Translations under genes and position numbers: made by a program
Shown here: positions 1 through 9,161 of the stretch, piece by piece
Layout: each line of letters opens with the position of its first letter
Numbering within the stretch: position 1 is the stretch's first letter
NCBI GenBank assembly: GCA_964387145.1
Contig: CAYLVM010000005.1
Location: forward strand, 1 to 56,221
Direction: 5' to 3'
From: an uncultured Acidimicrobiaceae bacterium
GTDB lineage: Bacteria > Actinomycetota > Acidimicrobiia > Spongiisociales > UBA5794
Length of the DNA stretch: 56,221 bases
The notes under the pieces: generated by a model
What the model was told of the DNA's origin: nothing
What the model saw: the letters and a program-made list of their open reading frames with translations, nothing else
Database searches by the model: none

Positions 1-3
1 GAA

Positions 4-795
4 TCAGTACGCTCTGGCGATGAGAAGTGCCTTCTCTGCGTACTCACCGACGGCCTTGAGACCGGTCTCGTCGGCACTCTGACGCTGTACGACGAGACGG
101 CACCAGTCTCCAGCCATACCCTTGATCACCTGGTCGGTGTCTTCAGGCCCGAACCGCCATGCTGCGTACAGCGGACCCATCACCTCGACACGGATTCCGG
201 TCTCGGGGAACTCCTCGCCGGCCTGGGCGAAGGCGAACGGCAATGAACGCTGTCCGAGGGACGCTATATGACGCAGACGGAGCGAGTCGGCGAGCGGATC
301 GTCGTACTCCTCCTCATCCTCATCGTCCGGCGGTTTGTCGAGCGGTGTGATCCTGCCAAGCATCGCGGCTTTGACATCGAGACCGTGAGCCCATGTCTCC
401 ATGAGACGGATACTGGCGAACGACTGAGCGCTCATCGTGCCGTGGAGCCAGTGCACGCGTTCAGTGCCGATCATGCGCGAAAGCGCGTCGACGACGTCGG
501 CGCGCCCGAACCGCCACCACTCGATGATCTCCTGATGGCGGCGCCCTCGGCCCTGTTCGACACCGATGGCAGTCCACGCGTCGATGTCGGTGACCTTCTC
601 GGATTTGAGTCGTTTCTCACCCTCGGCGAGAACCTCGGCGGCAAAGTCTTCGGTGAAAGCGAGATGGCTCACCGTGTCCTGAATCGTCCAACCGTCGGCA
701 GGCGTGGATATCGCCCATTGCCGATCACGAAGGGTTTGTAGGAACTGGTCGAGCTGTTGTTGCTCGGCCACTAGATCTGAGAGGATCTCACGCAT
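4..795 (-). CDS. TIGR03084-type / maleylpyruvate isomerase (MDMPI/DinB-like) metal-binding protein
   Basis: N-terminus LxDLxAEQxxLD...TPAxGWTIxDTVSHLA and RLMETWAHGLDV are typical of this actinobacterial family. TAGAAT lies 6 nt upstream of the ATG. Confidence 0.75.
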   Translation of the reverse strand: MREILSDLVAEQQQLDQFLQTLRDRQWAISTPADGWTIQDTVSHLAFTEDFAAEVLAEGEKRLKSEKVTDIDAWTAIGVEQGRGRRHQEIIEWWRFGRADVVDALSRMIGTERVHWLHGTMSAQSFASIRLMETWAHGLDVKAAMLGRITPLDKPPDDEDEEEYDDPLADSLRLRHIASLGQRSLPFAFAQAGEEFPETGIRVEVMGPLYAAWRFGPEDTDQVIKGMAGDWCRLVVQRQSADETGLKAVGEYAEKALLIARAY

Positions 796-838
796 GAGTC
801 AATTCTACTGTACTTCGGGGGTGAGTCGGATAGCGGCT

Positions 839-1879
839 CTACAGGGCAGCGGCGTTGAGACGGTCGATCAGTGCGCGGAGGCGGCCGTAGCCATGTCGGT
901 CGAACTCAAAAGCAAGGCGCGGAAGCTCAACGTGGTCGTCGCCGTCGATCTCCGCCTTCGCCGGCGGGACCCGCTCGATCGTCCCGGACGCGATGATGTC
1001 GGCGAACTCTGCGTTCAGCTCGGTGATCAGGGAGTCCGGGACGTCGCGGCTGAGGCGGAGAACAAGGCGCCCATCGACGTAGCGCTGGGAGTGGTAGACA
1101 CGGAAGAAGCCGACGATCTCTTCGATCGCTTCATCGATGTCGTGGGTGAGAAAGTAGAGGTTCTTGTCCGCCGAAGAGATCATGCCAAGGTCGATGAGCG
1201 TGTTGCACAGGCCCTCCCAAGCTTCCCAGTATCGGGTGTCCTCGTGGTCGATCATCACGATGGGGTGCATATCGGACTTGCCAGTCTGGACGAGCGTGAG
1301 AAGCTCGAACGCTTCGTCCATCGTCCCGAAACCGCCCGGGAACAGTGCAAAGCCGTCGGACTCCTTGACGAACTGGACCTTACGGGTGAAGAAGTACTTG
1401 AAGTTGATGACCTTGCCGGGTGAGAGGTACTCGTTCGCCCCGTTCTCGAAGGGCAGCCGGATGTTGACTCCGAAACTCGCCTCGGTGCCTGCTCCCTTGT
1501 TGGCTGCCTCCATGATGCCGGGGCCGGCACCGGTCACGACCATCCACTCGTGGTACTCAGCCATCCTCCGGCCGAACTCCTCGGCCATCTGATAGTTCGG
1601 ATCGTCGGGTTGGGTTCGTGCCGACCCGTAGACGGCGACCTTCTTGCGGTCGCGATGCGGGTTGAACACGAGGAAGGAGTACCGCAACTCCTTGAGAGCG
1701 GTGTTCATCATCTTGATGTCGCCGCGGTCTGTCTTGTCCTTGATGAGTTTGAGCGCGGTGACGATGATCTCGCGCACGAGATCTCGATCGGCGTCGTCCC
1801 CATCGGTCATGGCGACGACGTCGGCTACCAACTGGTCGATTTGTGCATCGATCGATTCGTTGTTCATGCGGTAGGTCAT
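839..1879 (-). CDS. LOG-family (TIGR00730-like) Rossmann-fold nucleotide phosphoribohydrolase, long form
   Basis: VAVYGSART, TGAGPGIMEAAN, FKYFFTRKVQF and PGGFGTMDEAFE motifs. Confidence 0.85.
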   Translation of the reverse strand: MTYRMNNESIDAQIDQLVADVVAMTDGDDADRDLVREIIVTALKLIKDKTDRGDIKMMNTALKELRYSFLVFNPHRDRKKVAVYGSARTQPDDPNYQMAEEFGRRMAEYHEWMVVTGAGPGIMEAANKGAGTEASFGVNIRLPFENGANEYLSPGKVINFKYFFTRKVQFVKESDGFALFPGGFGTMDEAFELLTLVQTGKSDMHPIVMIDHEDTRYWEAWEGLCNTLIDLGMISSADKNLYFLTHDIDEAIEEIVGFFRVYHSQRYVDGRLVLRLSRDVPDSLITELNAEFADIIASGTIERVPPAKAEIDGDDHVELPRLAFEFDRHGYGRLRALIDRLNAAAL

Positions 1880-1924
1880 GGTCGCAACGGTAGCGGGGGA
1901 TGCTCGTTGTCTGGTGACTGTTTC

Positions 1925-2122
1925 CTACGGGTGCCGGCCGTCCTTGAGCGGCGGTCGTCGAGATGTCGACTCGTTGTCGACGCCACGGGCCCGGGGGATG
2001 AACAGGGTTGCATGGAACGTACAGAGCAGTGTGCCTGATCGATGGATCGTGACGGCTGGCTTGTCGCACCAGCTGCAACGAACTTCGTTTTCGAGTCGGG
2101 CGGTGGTCGTTGTGTACTCCAT
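1925..2122 (-). CDS. Small hypothetical protein (65 aa) with CxxC...CxxH
   Basis: ATG at 2122 preceded by AGGAC. Translation contains RCSWCDKP and LLCTFHA. Fills the gap between the LOG gene and yajQ on the same strand. Confidence 0.45.
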   Translation of the reverse strand: MEYTTTTARLENEVRCSWCDKPAVTIHRSGTLLCTFHATLFIPRARGVDNESTSRRPPLKDGRHP

Positions 2123-2235
2123 ATGTCCTGTATCGGCAGGAAAGGGTTCGAGGGTGAGAATGGTTCCCTGATTCACACCGTGACTAGACACTGCTCGAGG
2201 TGCCCGTCTGAAGATATCGCGGGTTCGCGTCGTGG

Positions 2236-2721
2236 TCAGTCCCGGAAGTTGACGTACTGGAGCGGGAGCCGAAAATCGAGGGCCTTGACCGCGGTGATGA
2301 CCTCCTGGAGATCATCACGTTTCTTGCCCTGGACACGGAGCTGTTCTCCCTGGATCTGGACCTGAACCTTGAGCTTCATGTCGCGGATCAGCTTCGAGAG
2401 TTCCTTCGCGGCGTCCTGCGCTATACCTTCGTTCAGCGTGAAGACGGCCTGGAATCTTCCGCCACCGATCTGCTTTGGGTCACCACCTGCAATCGACTTC
2501 AACGAGACGCTTCGGCGCACGAGCTTGCTTTTGAGCACGTCGATCGCCGCGTCCAGGCGTCCCTCGGCCGAAGACTCGACGGTGATCCCGTCATCGGAGA
2601 GTCGGATCGCCGAGTCGGTCCCCTTGAAGTCGTAGCGGTTGACGATCTCACGACTCGCCTGATCTACGGCGTTGCGAACCTCTTGCATGTCTACCTGTGA
2701 AACAATGTCGAATGATGGCAT
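2236..2721 (-). CDS. yajQ: YajQ-family nucleotide / c-di-GMP binding protein
   Basis: MPSFDIVS...RYDFKG...VQVQIQGEQLRVQGKKRDDLQ...LPLQYVNFRD is the family signature. Confidence 0.95.
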   Translation of the reverse strand: MPSFDIVSQVDMQEVRNAVDQASREIVNRYDFKGTDSAIRLSDDGITVESSAEGRLDAAIDVLKSKLVRRSVSLKSIAGGDPKQIGGGRFQAVFTLNEGIAQDAAKELSKLIRDMKLKVQVQIQGEQLRVQGKKRDDLQEVITAVKALDFRLPLQYVNFRD

Positions 2722-2734
2722 GGTGCAATGCTAC

Positions 2735-3727
2735 TCAGTCTGAGAACGGTGGACCGGCAGGTCCCTTGCGGACGACCGCCGACCACACTGTCTCATAATG
2801 ATCCCGGTCGTACTGGTCGATGTGGGGAAGTACGAACTCCTCCCACGCAGAGCGCATCGGGTCCTCCATCGCCCCATACATGCGCAGGCCTGCGGGGAAT
2901 CGATCAAGGACTGTTCGCAGAGACATCGGGGTCTCGACGCGTGTTCTCGCGTCACCTGCTGTGAAGGACGTGTTGATCTCAACGGCGAGCTTGGTGAGCA
3001 GCGAGCGGATCTCCGGCTTCATGCCGGGGTGTCGTCTCTCGATCATGACGGCCAGACCCTCCTCTCCTGGGAACGTCTTCTCCCAGATGATCCAACGGTC
3101 TGCGAACGCCTTGTTGAGGGTCTGGGTGCCCGCGTAGTCGCGAAGGTCGGTGGGGTTCAAGGTTCCAAAGATCCGCACGTCGCCACGGAGCTTGATCATC
3201 TCACCGGTTGGGAGTTCGATGGCTTGATGCCGGTCGAGGAGTCCATGGAGGGCGAAGAGCGTCTCGGCTCCTGCAGCGTTGAGTTCGGAGAGGTTGACGA
3301 TCGCCGGCCCACGCAAGGCACGAGTGATGTCTCCGTCCTCCCACCTGCTCTCGGTGCCGCCCTTGCCGTCGCCGTGCAACTTGACGGACCCGATGAGGGT
3401 GATGTCGCGGACTTCACCGGTGAGGGGAATGCGGTAGTACGGGGTCTTGAGACGCGCTGCGAACTGTTCGAGGTCATGATCCTTGCCTGTGCCCATGTGC
3501 CCGCGTAGAGCAAGGTGGAGTGGGGCATCGACAAAGTGCTCGCGACGAACCGCCTCGAGGAGGGCGAGCTTGTACTGCATGCCGAGATCGACGTAGTACG
3601 GGTCCTGTGTCGGGATGTGGTTCAGGCGGATATCGTGATCAGGCACGTCGGATCCGACCTCGGCAACGGGTAGCTCGACATCTGGTCCGATACCCAACGG
3701 GTCGGTGAAGGTGACTGTGTTCGTCAT
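2735..3727 (-). CDS. MoxR-class AAA+ ATPase, CobS/CbbQ/NorQ-like
   Basis: GHMGTGKD P-loop, LEQFAARL, YAGTQTLNKAFADRW (sensor/Arg-finger region). AGGAG RBS before ATG 3727. Confidence 0.8.
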   Translation of the reverse strand: MTNTVTFTDPLGIGPDVELPVAEVGSDVPDHDIRLNHIPTQDPYYVDLGMQYKLALLEAVRREHFVDAPLHLALRGHMGTGKDHDLEQFAARLKTPYYRIPLTGEVRDITLIGSVKLHGDGKGGTESRWEDGDITRALRGPAIVNLSELNAAGAETLFALHGLLDRHQAIELPTGEMIKLRGDVRIFGTLNPTDLRDYAGTQTLNKAFADRWIIWEKTFPGEEGLAVMIERRHPGMKPEIRSLLTKLAVEINTSFTAGDARTRVETPMSLRTVLDRFPAGLRMYGAMEDPMRSAWEEFVLPHIDQYDRDHYETVWSAVVRKGPAGPPFSD

Positions 3728-3738
3728 GGGTGTGTCTC

Positions 3739-5955
3739 CTAGTTGGCAAAGGTTTCGAGTGCCCGGTCGCCAGCGTGGACCCACCAAACGTCGGATCCTG
3801 ATTCGGCGATGCTGCGATACAGCGTCGAGCGAACACCGTCGATCATCGCAGATGCAAGGGTCAGCGGTTGCTCGACGACCTGGGCACGGGAGTACGCCGC
3901 ACGCACGGTGTCGTCACCGATGCCGATCCCGAGCACCGTGGTGCCCGCACGTTCGATGCTGGCAACCGTCTCAGCGAGAGCAGCGACCGAGCCCCTGGTC
4001 ATGCCGTCGGCGAGCACGATGATCATGCGATGACTTGCACGCTGTGCAGTCAGTCGTTCGGCGGCGTGTGCGAGGTTGAACTCATCGACGTTCGCTGCCT
4101 TGTCGAACATCGATACCGGGGGGGAGAGAAGTGGGTTCTTGCGTGCAATACGTGCAGCATCCTGAGGTGCCGCGGCTGTGTAGAACAGTCCGGCGAGCAC
4201 ATCTGAGGAGACTCTCCACCGATCGCGGAAGCTCTTGATGATGTAGTGGTTGACGGTTCTGGTGAGACGTTCAGCGTTGCCTCCCTGGCTCTGCCTGAGG
4301 CCTGCCGTGGCCCGCGTCCGCATCTCACGGTACGAGTGTTCGGTGTCGTTCGAGCTCGTGGCGAACGATCGGTTGAAGATGGCGATCTCGAAGTCGATCT
4401 GGAGTTCGTCCGCGAGCTGGGCAAGGGTCCACGCTCCCAGAAGGGCGGCGGCCATCGCCCACGGAGCCTTGCGGGAACCGAGGCCTCTCGGTTGGAGCAT
4501 CGATGCCGAGCCATCCACGAGGAGGCTCACCGCGTACGAGCGTCGGCTGGGAAGATCCCTGCGTTCGAACATGCGGTTGTAGAGACCGGCACCGAGCAAG
4601 AGGGGCGTGTAGGGAGAGAGATCCCCTGCGTCGAATCCGGAGCGAAGCCCACGGCGTTGGTTGGCAAGGAACAGGGGGTACAGCTCGCCCGAGATACGGT
4701 GTTGGGCAACGCCCCAGTCGAGGGATGCCTGGTCGAGCATCGCCCGGCCCTCACTCGAGAACGTTGCAAAGGTGTGGGGGAAGTCCACGACGAGGAGCTT
4801 TCCTCCTTGACCCGTCGGCAGGTACACGGTGGGTGCCGACGAGACCTTCATGATCTGATCGGTTGCGGGGTCACCGGCAGTTTCGGCGTCACCCTTCTTG
4901 CCTTCGTGAGCAGACACGCTCTGTGCCGCAGCCCTGGTCTGGTCGTATGCATCCCGGTTCGCAAGGGGGGGCGAGACGATCCGTACAGCATCTACCGACT
5001 CGGAGATAGCGGCTGCATCGGCCTCCATCTCCGTCTTCCGTCCGCGCTGGCCGGATGTTGCTGCACCTTCCTGGACCAGGTTGTGCATCTTGGCTACGGA
5101 GAGCAGCTGAAGTGCGATGGTTCCAACTGACCAAGGATCATCGATCTCGGCGACGGGATCCATGAACGCCATTGCATCGTCGATGGCGGGGGCAACGTGG
5201 GGTGCGAGACGTTTCTGGACAGCATCGCGATCTTCATGCCCGCCGGCGATGAGAAAGCATGCGAGAGCGAACTGTCCGAGTGGGCGTGCATTCCCCATGG
5301 CGTGCCCAACCGACGTTCGGTAGAGGTCGCGCAGCACCGACCCCGCCCCCGGGTAGGCGTTGAAGTGGATTCTTTCCTGGCGTGCATCCTCGATCGAGAG
5401 GAAGAGTGCCTCGGCTGCGGGCCCACCGATGGCGTTCAACGCATGGAGGAGGGGCACCGCATCGGGAGGGGTGTCGGATTCTTCGTCGAAGTCGATGTCG
5501 TCTTCAGAGAGTTCCGGACGAACGAGATCCTTGTCCATCTCCCCGAACTCGAAGAGGCCGATGGGAACGGGTGCGCCTTCGGGGTCTTCGTCATCGGCGG
5601 AGGCATCCTCTTTGAACGCGAGCCACTCTCTGGGGATCGGTCGCTCTTCGTCGAGATCCGTCGCGATCAGATGGATGACTTCGTGAAGTGCCGAGGTGAG
5701 TGCAACCTCCGACGGAGTGACCGGCGCCGATCTGGCATATGCCGTTTGGAACACGCCGGGGTCGATGACGACCATGTCCCCGGTGGAGGTCGCCTGGGTT
5801 CCAAGTCGAACCTGGAGTTCGTCGTTGCCCGACAGCGTGCGCGCGAATCTCGTGATGGCAGGGGCCACACGTTGGTAGCGTGCAACCACGGCCTCGATCG
5901 CCCGTTCCTCTGGGGGGAGGATCTCACTGAGAATGGATTGGTCTCTGTCGCGCAT
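3739..5955 (-). CDS. vWA-domain partner protein, CobT/NorD-like
   Basis: MIDAS motif LLVDGSASM, C-terminal IIVLADG and VLGIGIG, acidic linker, CobT-like N-terminus (FARTLSGNDELQV). Lies directly upstream of the AAA+ gene. TACAAT upstream of ATG 5955. Confidence 0.8.
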   Translation of the reverse strand: MRDRDQSILSEILPPEERAIEAVVARYQRVAPAITRFARTLSGNDELQVRLGTQATSTGDMVVIDPGVFQTAYARSAPVTPSEVALTSALHEVIHLIATDLDEERPIPREWLAFKEDASADDEDPEGAPVPIGLFEFGEMDKDLVRPELSEDDIDFDEESDTPPDAVPLLHALNAIGGPAAEALFLSIEDARQERIHFNAYPGAGSVLRDLYRTSVGHAMGNARPLGQFALACFLIAGGHEDRDAVQKRLAPHVAPAIDDAMAFMDPVAEIDDPWSVGTIALQLLSVAKMHNLVQEGAATSGQRGRKTEMEADAAAISESVDAVRIVSPPLANRDAYDQTRAAAQSVSAHEGKKGDAETAGDPATDQIMKVSSAPTVYLPTGQGGKLLVVDFPHTFATFSSEGRAMLDQASLDWGVAQHRISGELYPLFLANQRRGLRSGFDAGDLSPYTPLLLGAGLYNRMFERRDLPSRRSYAVSLLVDGSASMLQPRGLGSRKAPWAMAAALLGAWTLAQLADELQIDFEIAIFNRSFATSSNDTEHSYREMRTRATAGLRQSQGGNAERLTRTVNHYIIKSFRDRWRVSSDVLAGLFYTAAAPQDAARIARKNPLLSPPVSMFDKAANVDEFNLAHAAERLTAQRASHRMIIVLADGMTRGSVAALAETVASIERAGTTVLGIGIGDDTVRAAYSRAQVVEQPLTLASAMIDGVRSTLYRSIAESGSDVWWVHAGDRALETFAN

Positions 5956-6003
5956 GAACTTCCGATTGTACGATGGTGGCAATCTCACTGGGGCGGTTCT
6001 GCA

Positions 6004-6396
6004 ATGCGCTTCAACATTCCAGAGTCGGAGCTGCTGTGGCACTTCGACACGTCGGGTGGTCCGGGAGGCCAGCACGCCAACAAGAGCGCGACGCGTGTTG
6101 TGCTCCGGTTCGGTGTTGCTGAGTCGCGGGCTTTCGACGGATCCACGCGGGATCGGATAGTGAACCGCCTCGGGAGTGAGGTTCGCATCGTTGAGGCGGG
6201 TTCGCGGTCCCAGGCTACGAACCGCAAACGTGCTGTGCGTCGGCTTCACGCGATGCTCGAGGAGGCTGCACGGCCACGACCGCCCCACCGCAAGGCAACC
6301 CGTCCTCCAAGAGCGTCACGCCGCCGCCGCCTCGAGGCCAAACGTTCTCGTGGTCTTCTGAAGCGGCAACGTTCGCAACCTTGGGACGATACGTAG
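6004..6396 (+). CDS. arfB: Alternative ribosome-rescue peptidyl-tRNA hydrolase ArfB
   Basis: SGGPGGQHANK (GGQ motif), RSQATNRKRA, and a basic C-terminal tail RRRLEAKRSRGLLKRQR. Confidence 0.93.
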   Translation: MRFNIPESELLWHFDTSGGPGGQHANKSATRVVLRFGVAESRAFDGSTRDRIVNRLGSEVRIVEAGSRSQATNRKRAVRRLHAMLEEAARPRPPHRKATRPPRASRRRRLEAKRSRGLLKRQRSQPWDDT

Positions 6397-6482
6397 CTGA
6401 GGGCAGGTACGGGTGTCGTCAACGCTCCCAGTGAGGCAGTGAAACACTCAGGCACCAAGTGATGTGAACCGATATATGACGG

Positions 6483-7940
6483 ATGGAATCTGGAATGGGG
6501 CCTCTCGCCGCCCCACGTCGTGGCCAGCCGCGGCCCCAGCGCGTCGTGGTGCTCGTCATGGCGGTCGTGCTCGGGCTCGCAGTTCTCGGTTTGGCAATGT
6601 CGTTCGCCAACTCGGCGAGTGCCGAACGAGTAGCTGAGAATGCGTCCTTGCTCCACTGGACGAACTCGGCTCACGGCTCTGCTGCATTGGCTCGAAGCGC
6701 TGTTGGGCAGGCAGTCGTGTTCGCCATCGGTGAGGAGCTTGGAGTTGTAGATGCCCAGGACCGTGCATCGGCGTTGTCCGAGGCCGAGGAGAGTCTGGCG
6801 GCATTCAACCGATGGGCGGATTCAGCGCCACCAGAACTGCTCGTCCAGACGCCGGGCCTCGGTCCTGAGCTCAAGAGGTTCACCGACGCGAGCAGTGAGG
6901 TGCTGCAGCTTCTCGGGAGCGGGGACACTTCCAAGGCAGAAGAGGTACGTGACGGGGTGGTCGAGGAGGCCTACGTTTCGCTCGCAGCGACGGTCGGAGC
7001 GAACCAGCGTCTGGTCGCCGATCGCATAGCCAACAACGAAGACAGGGCTGCGTTGGTCTCCCAGATGCTGCGGCTCTTGGTGACGTTGTTGATTCCAGCG
7101 GTTGCATTGATCGTGTATTGGCGAATCGCGAGACGGCAACTTCGTGAACGGCGTGTGGAGATGAACGCCACGGTGGCTGCACAACATGCGATGATCGCGG
7201 GGGTGTCGCATGAGCTACGTACACCGCTCACATCCATCGTTGGATTCTCCGAGGTTCTGCTGACCGATGAACTCGGGGACCAGGAATCGGTGACCGAGCT
7301 GATCACCGTGATCAATACCGAGGCAGAGCAGCTGGCCCGGATGGTGGATGACCTGTTGGTCGCTGCACGTGTCGACATGGATGAGATTGCCCTCATTCCG
7401 ACGCAGATAGACCCACGGTTCGAGATCGATGTGGTCGCAGCACCGTTCCGTCGAGGGGGTGAGGAGATCCATGTCGAGTGCACCTCAGGGACGATCGAAG
7501 TCGACGTCGAGATGTTCCGGCACGTTCTTCGCAACTTGATATCCAACGCCGTCAAGCACGGTGGGCCGTCGTGCGTGGTGATGGGCACCTGGGGCGACGA
7601 CGAGGTTCGTTTCACGGTGATGGATGACGGGACAGGCGTCGATGAGGCGATAGAGAGAGACCTCTTCAGACCTTTCGTCAACCACGGGGAACGAGCGCTC
7701 CTGAGCGGCAGCGTCGGCCTCGGTCTGGCAGTTTCGCGCGCGCTCGCGCGAAGCATGGGTGGCGAGCTCACCTATGCGCGTTCGGATGGTTGGTCCAGGT
7801 TCTCTCTCACACTCAGTCCGGACGTCGTTGTCACCGACGAGCACGAGAATCCAACACCGGTAGAGGCGGGCGATCTGTTCGACGAGCCGGCCCGTGGTGC
7901 ATCTCGTGCAGCGGCCGCGGCACCGAGTGAGTCTGGATGA
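6483..7940 (+). CDS. Membrane sensor histidine kinase (orphan in window)
   Basis: Two TM segments flanking a helical sensor domain. H-box SHELRTPLTSI, N-box NLISNAVKH, DDGTG and GLGLAVSR boxes. Confidence 0.92.
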   Translation: MESGMGPLAAPRRGQPRPQRVVVLVMAVVLGLAVLGLAMSFANSASAERVAENASLLHWTNSAHGSAALARSAVGQAVVFAIGEELGVVDAQDRASALSEAEESLAAFNRWADSAPPELLVQTPGLGPELKRFTDASSEVLQLLGSGDTSKAEEVRDGVVEEAYVSLAATVGANQRLVADRIANNEDRAALVSQMLRLLVTLLIPAVALIVYWRIARRQLRERRVEMNATVAAQHAMIAGVSHELRTPLTSIVGFSEVLLTDELGDQESVTELITVINTEAEQLARMVDDLLVAARVDMDEIALIPTQIDPRFEIDVVAAPFRRGGEEIHVECTSGTIEVDVEMFRHVLRNLISNAVKHGGPSCVVMGTWGDDEVRFTVMDDGTGVDEAIERDLFRPFVNHGERALLSGSVGLGLAVSRALARSMGGELTYARSDGWSRFSLTLSPDVVVTDEHENPTPVEAGDLFDEPARGASRAAAAAPSESG

Positions 7941-9058
7941 CGCAGATGGGGCAAAGGTTCTCGGTGCCATCGGTGCGGATCGTGTTGGCCGGCATGGCCG
8001 GGGTAGTTGTCTCTCTCGTTGCCCTCACCGTCGCGGTCAGCGCTCTGAGCGGTGACGTTGGAGACTCTTTCCCCGCTGTTGCCTATAACGGGAACACCGG
8101 GACCTTGGACTGGGCGGGACCCTGGGTCGAGATGGGAGAATCCGATGGGCCGACGGTTGGTGTAGTCGATGTGGTCACCAGTGTTCGCTGTAGCGCTGGT
8201 AACTGTCTGCGTATCGGGGGCGATCCGGCAGATGCAGAGGGACTGGGTGTGTGGCGTGAGGTCGACCTCGCCGGTGCATCTTCTGTCGTCCTGTCGTTCA
8301 GTTACCGACGCGAGGTTGCGCTCAGCACCGGTTCTGTGACCGTGGCCGTATCCGCCGACGGCGGGGGTACATGGATCGACCTTGCCACCTACGACTTCGC
8401 TGGGGCTTCCAACGAGTTCGCTGCAAGCTTCGACATCTCGTCATACGCTGCGGTGAATATGAGGGTCAGATTTCTGGGGGCGGGAAGCGCTGTCACCGGA
8501 TACCTGCACTTCGATGACATCGCCATCACCGTCGTTCTGCCCGATGTAGCGACGACGACGACGGCTGCCACGACGACGACGGCTGGGACCACGACGACGA
8601 CTGTTGGGACCACGACGACGACGGCTGCCACGACGACGACGGCTGGGACCACGACGACGACGACGGCTGCCACGACGACGAGCACGACCATCGCGTCGTT
8701 GACCTCTGCATCGACGACGACGGCTGCCACGACGACGAGCACGACCATCGCGTCGTTGACCTCTGCATCGACAACGACAACGACGATGGCCGATACGATC
8801 ACAGCGATGGGAACTCCCCCTGCCAGCGCAGGTGGAGTCGTCGGTTCGTTGAGGAGGCTCACTCCGATGAAGGATCTCACCGTTGTCTTCGTCACGACGG
8901 TCGAGGTCCTCGGCGAGAACGCTCTCTCAGGGGTCATCCTCGGCGTACTGGTCGGGTGGCTGGCGATCCTCGGCATCGATCGACGCGCCGGGGGCCTGGT
9001 GCAGGGATGGTGGCCACGTGTATCTGGCACAGCGAGCAGCAGGGATAGCGATACCTGA
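7937..9058 (+). CDS. Exported/surface protein: beta-sandwich domain, Thr-rich linker, C-terminal TM anchor
   Basis: Hydrophobic N-terminal signal, beta-rich domain with one Cys pair, long poly-Thr tract, C-terminal hydrophobic helix followed by RR. ATGA overlap with the kinase stop. Confidence 0.7.
   Translation: MTQMGQRFSVPSVRIVLAGMAGVVVSLVALTVAVSALSGDVGDSFPAVAYNGNTGTLDWAGPWVEMGESDGPTVGVVDVVTSVRCSAGNCLRIGGDPADAEGLGVWREVDLAGASSVVLSFSYRREVALSTGSVTVAVSADGGGTWIDLATYDFAGASNEFAASFDISSYAAVNMRVRFLGAGSAVTGYLHFDDIAITVVLPDVATTTTAATTTTAGTTTTTVGTTTTTAATTTTAGTTTTTTAATTTSTTIASLTSASTTTAATTTSTTIASLTSASTTTTTMADTITAMGTPPASAGGVVGSLRRLTPMKDLTVVFVTTVEVLGENALSGVILGVLVGWLAILGIDRRAGGLVQGWWPRVSGTASSRDSDT
8550..8785 (+). 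repeat. Coding tandem repeats (ACG-rich; one ~60-nt and one 57-nt duplication)
   Basis: 8552-8600 recurs at 8612-8660. A 57-nt unit encoding TTTAATTTSTTIASLTSAS occurs twice in tandem (about 8658-8771). Confidence 0.9.
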
Positions 9059-9087
9059 GCACGTTGGAGTGTTGGCGACCCTCCAAT

Positions 9088-9161
9088 GATCGGATGCTAG
9101 GTCGACACCGGTAGCCGGGACGAAGATTCCCATGAGGCTGGTGCCTCGCACCTCCTCGAGC
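9088..9161 (+). pseudogene. Decayed fragment of the M16 peptidase gene (direct repeat of 13467-13540)
   Basis: 68/74 identical by manual alignment, including a 32-nt exact core GGTCGACACCGGTAGCCGGGACGAAGATTCCC. The TGG codon is TAG in this copy. Confidence 0.9.

Noticed and set aside
5197-6003. N-terminal extension of ORF 5197-6396, and similar long extensions on the vWA, fadD, rnj, pcaJ, lexA and brkB ORFs
   Set aside because: These run antisense or off-frame to neighbouring genes. Homology motifs and RBS/-10 signals support the shorter starts used above.
8550-8785. Repeat array that could be mistaken for CRISPR or a microsatellite
   Set aside because: These are in-frame ACG/ACC codon repeats encoding a Thr stalk. 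There are no unique spacers and no cas genes.
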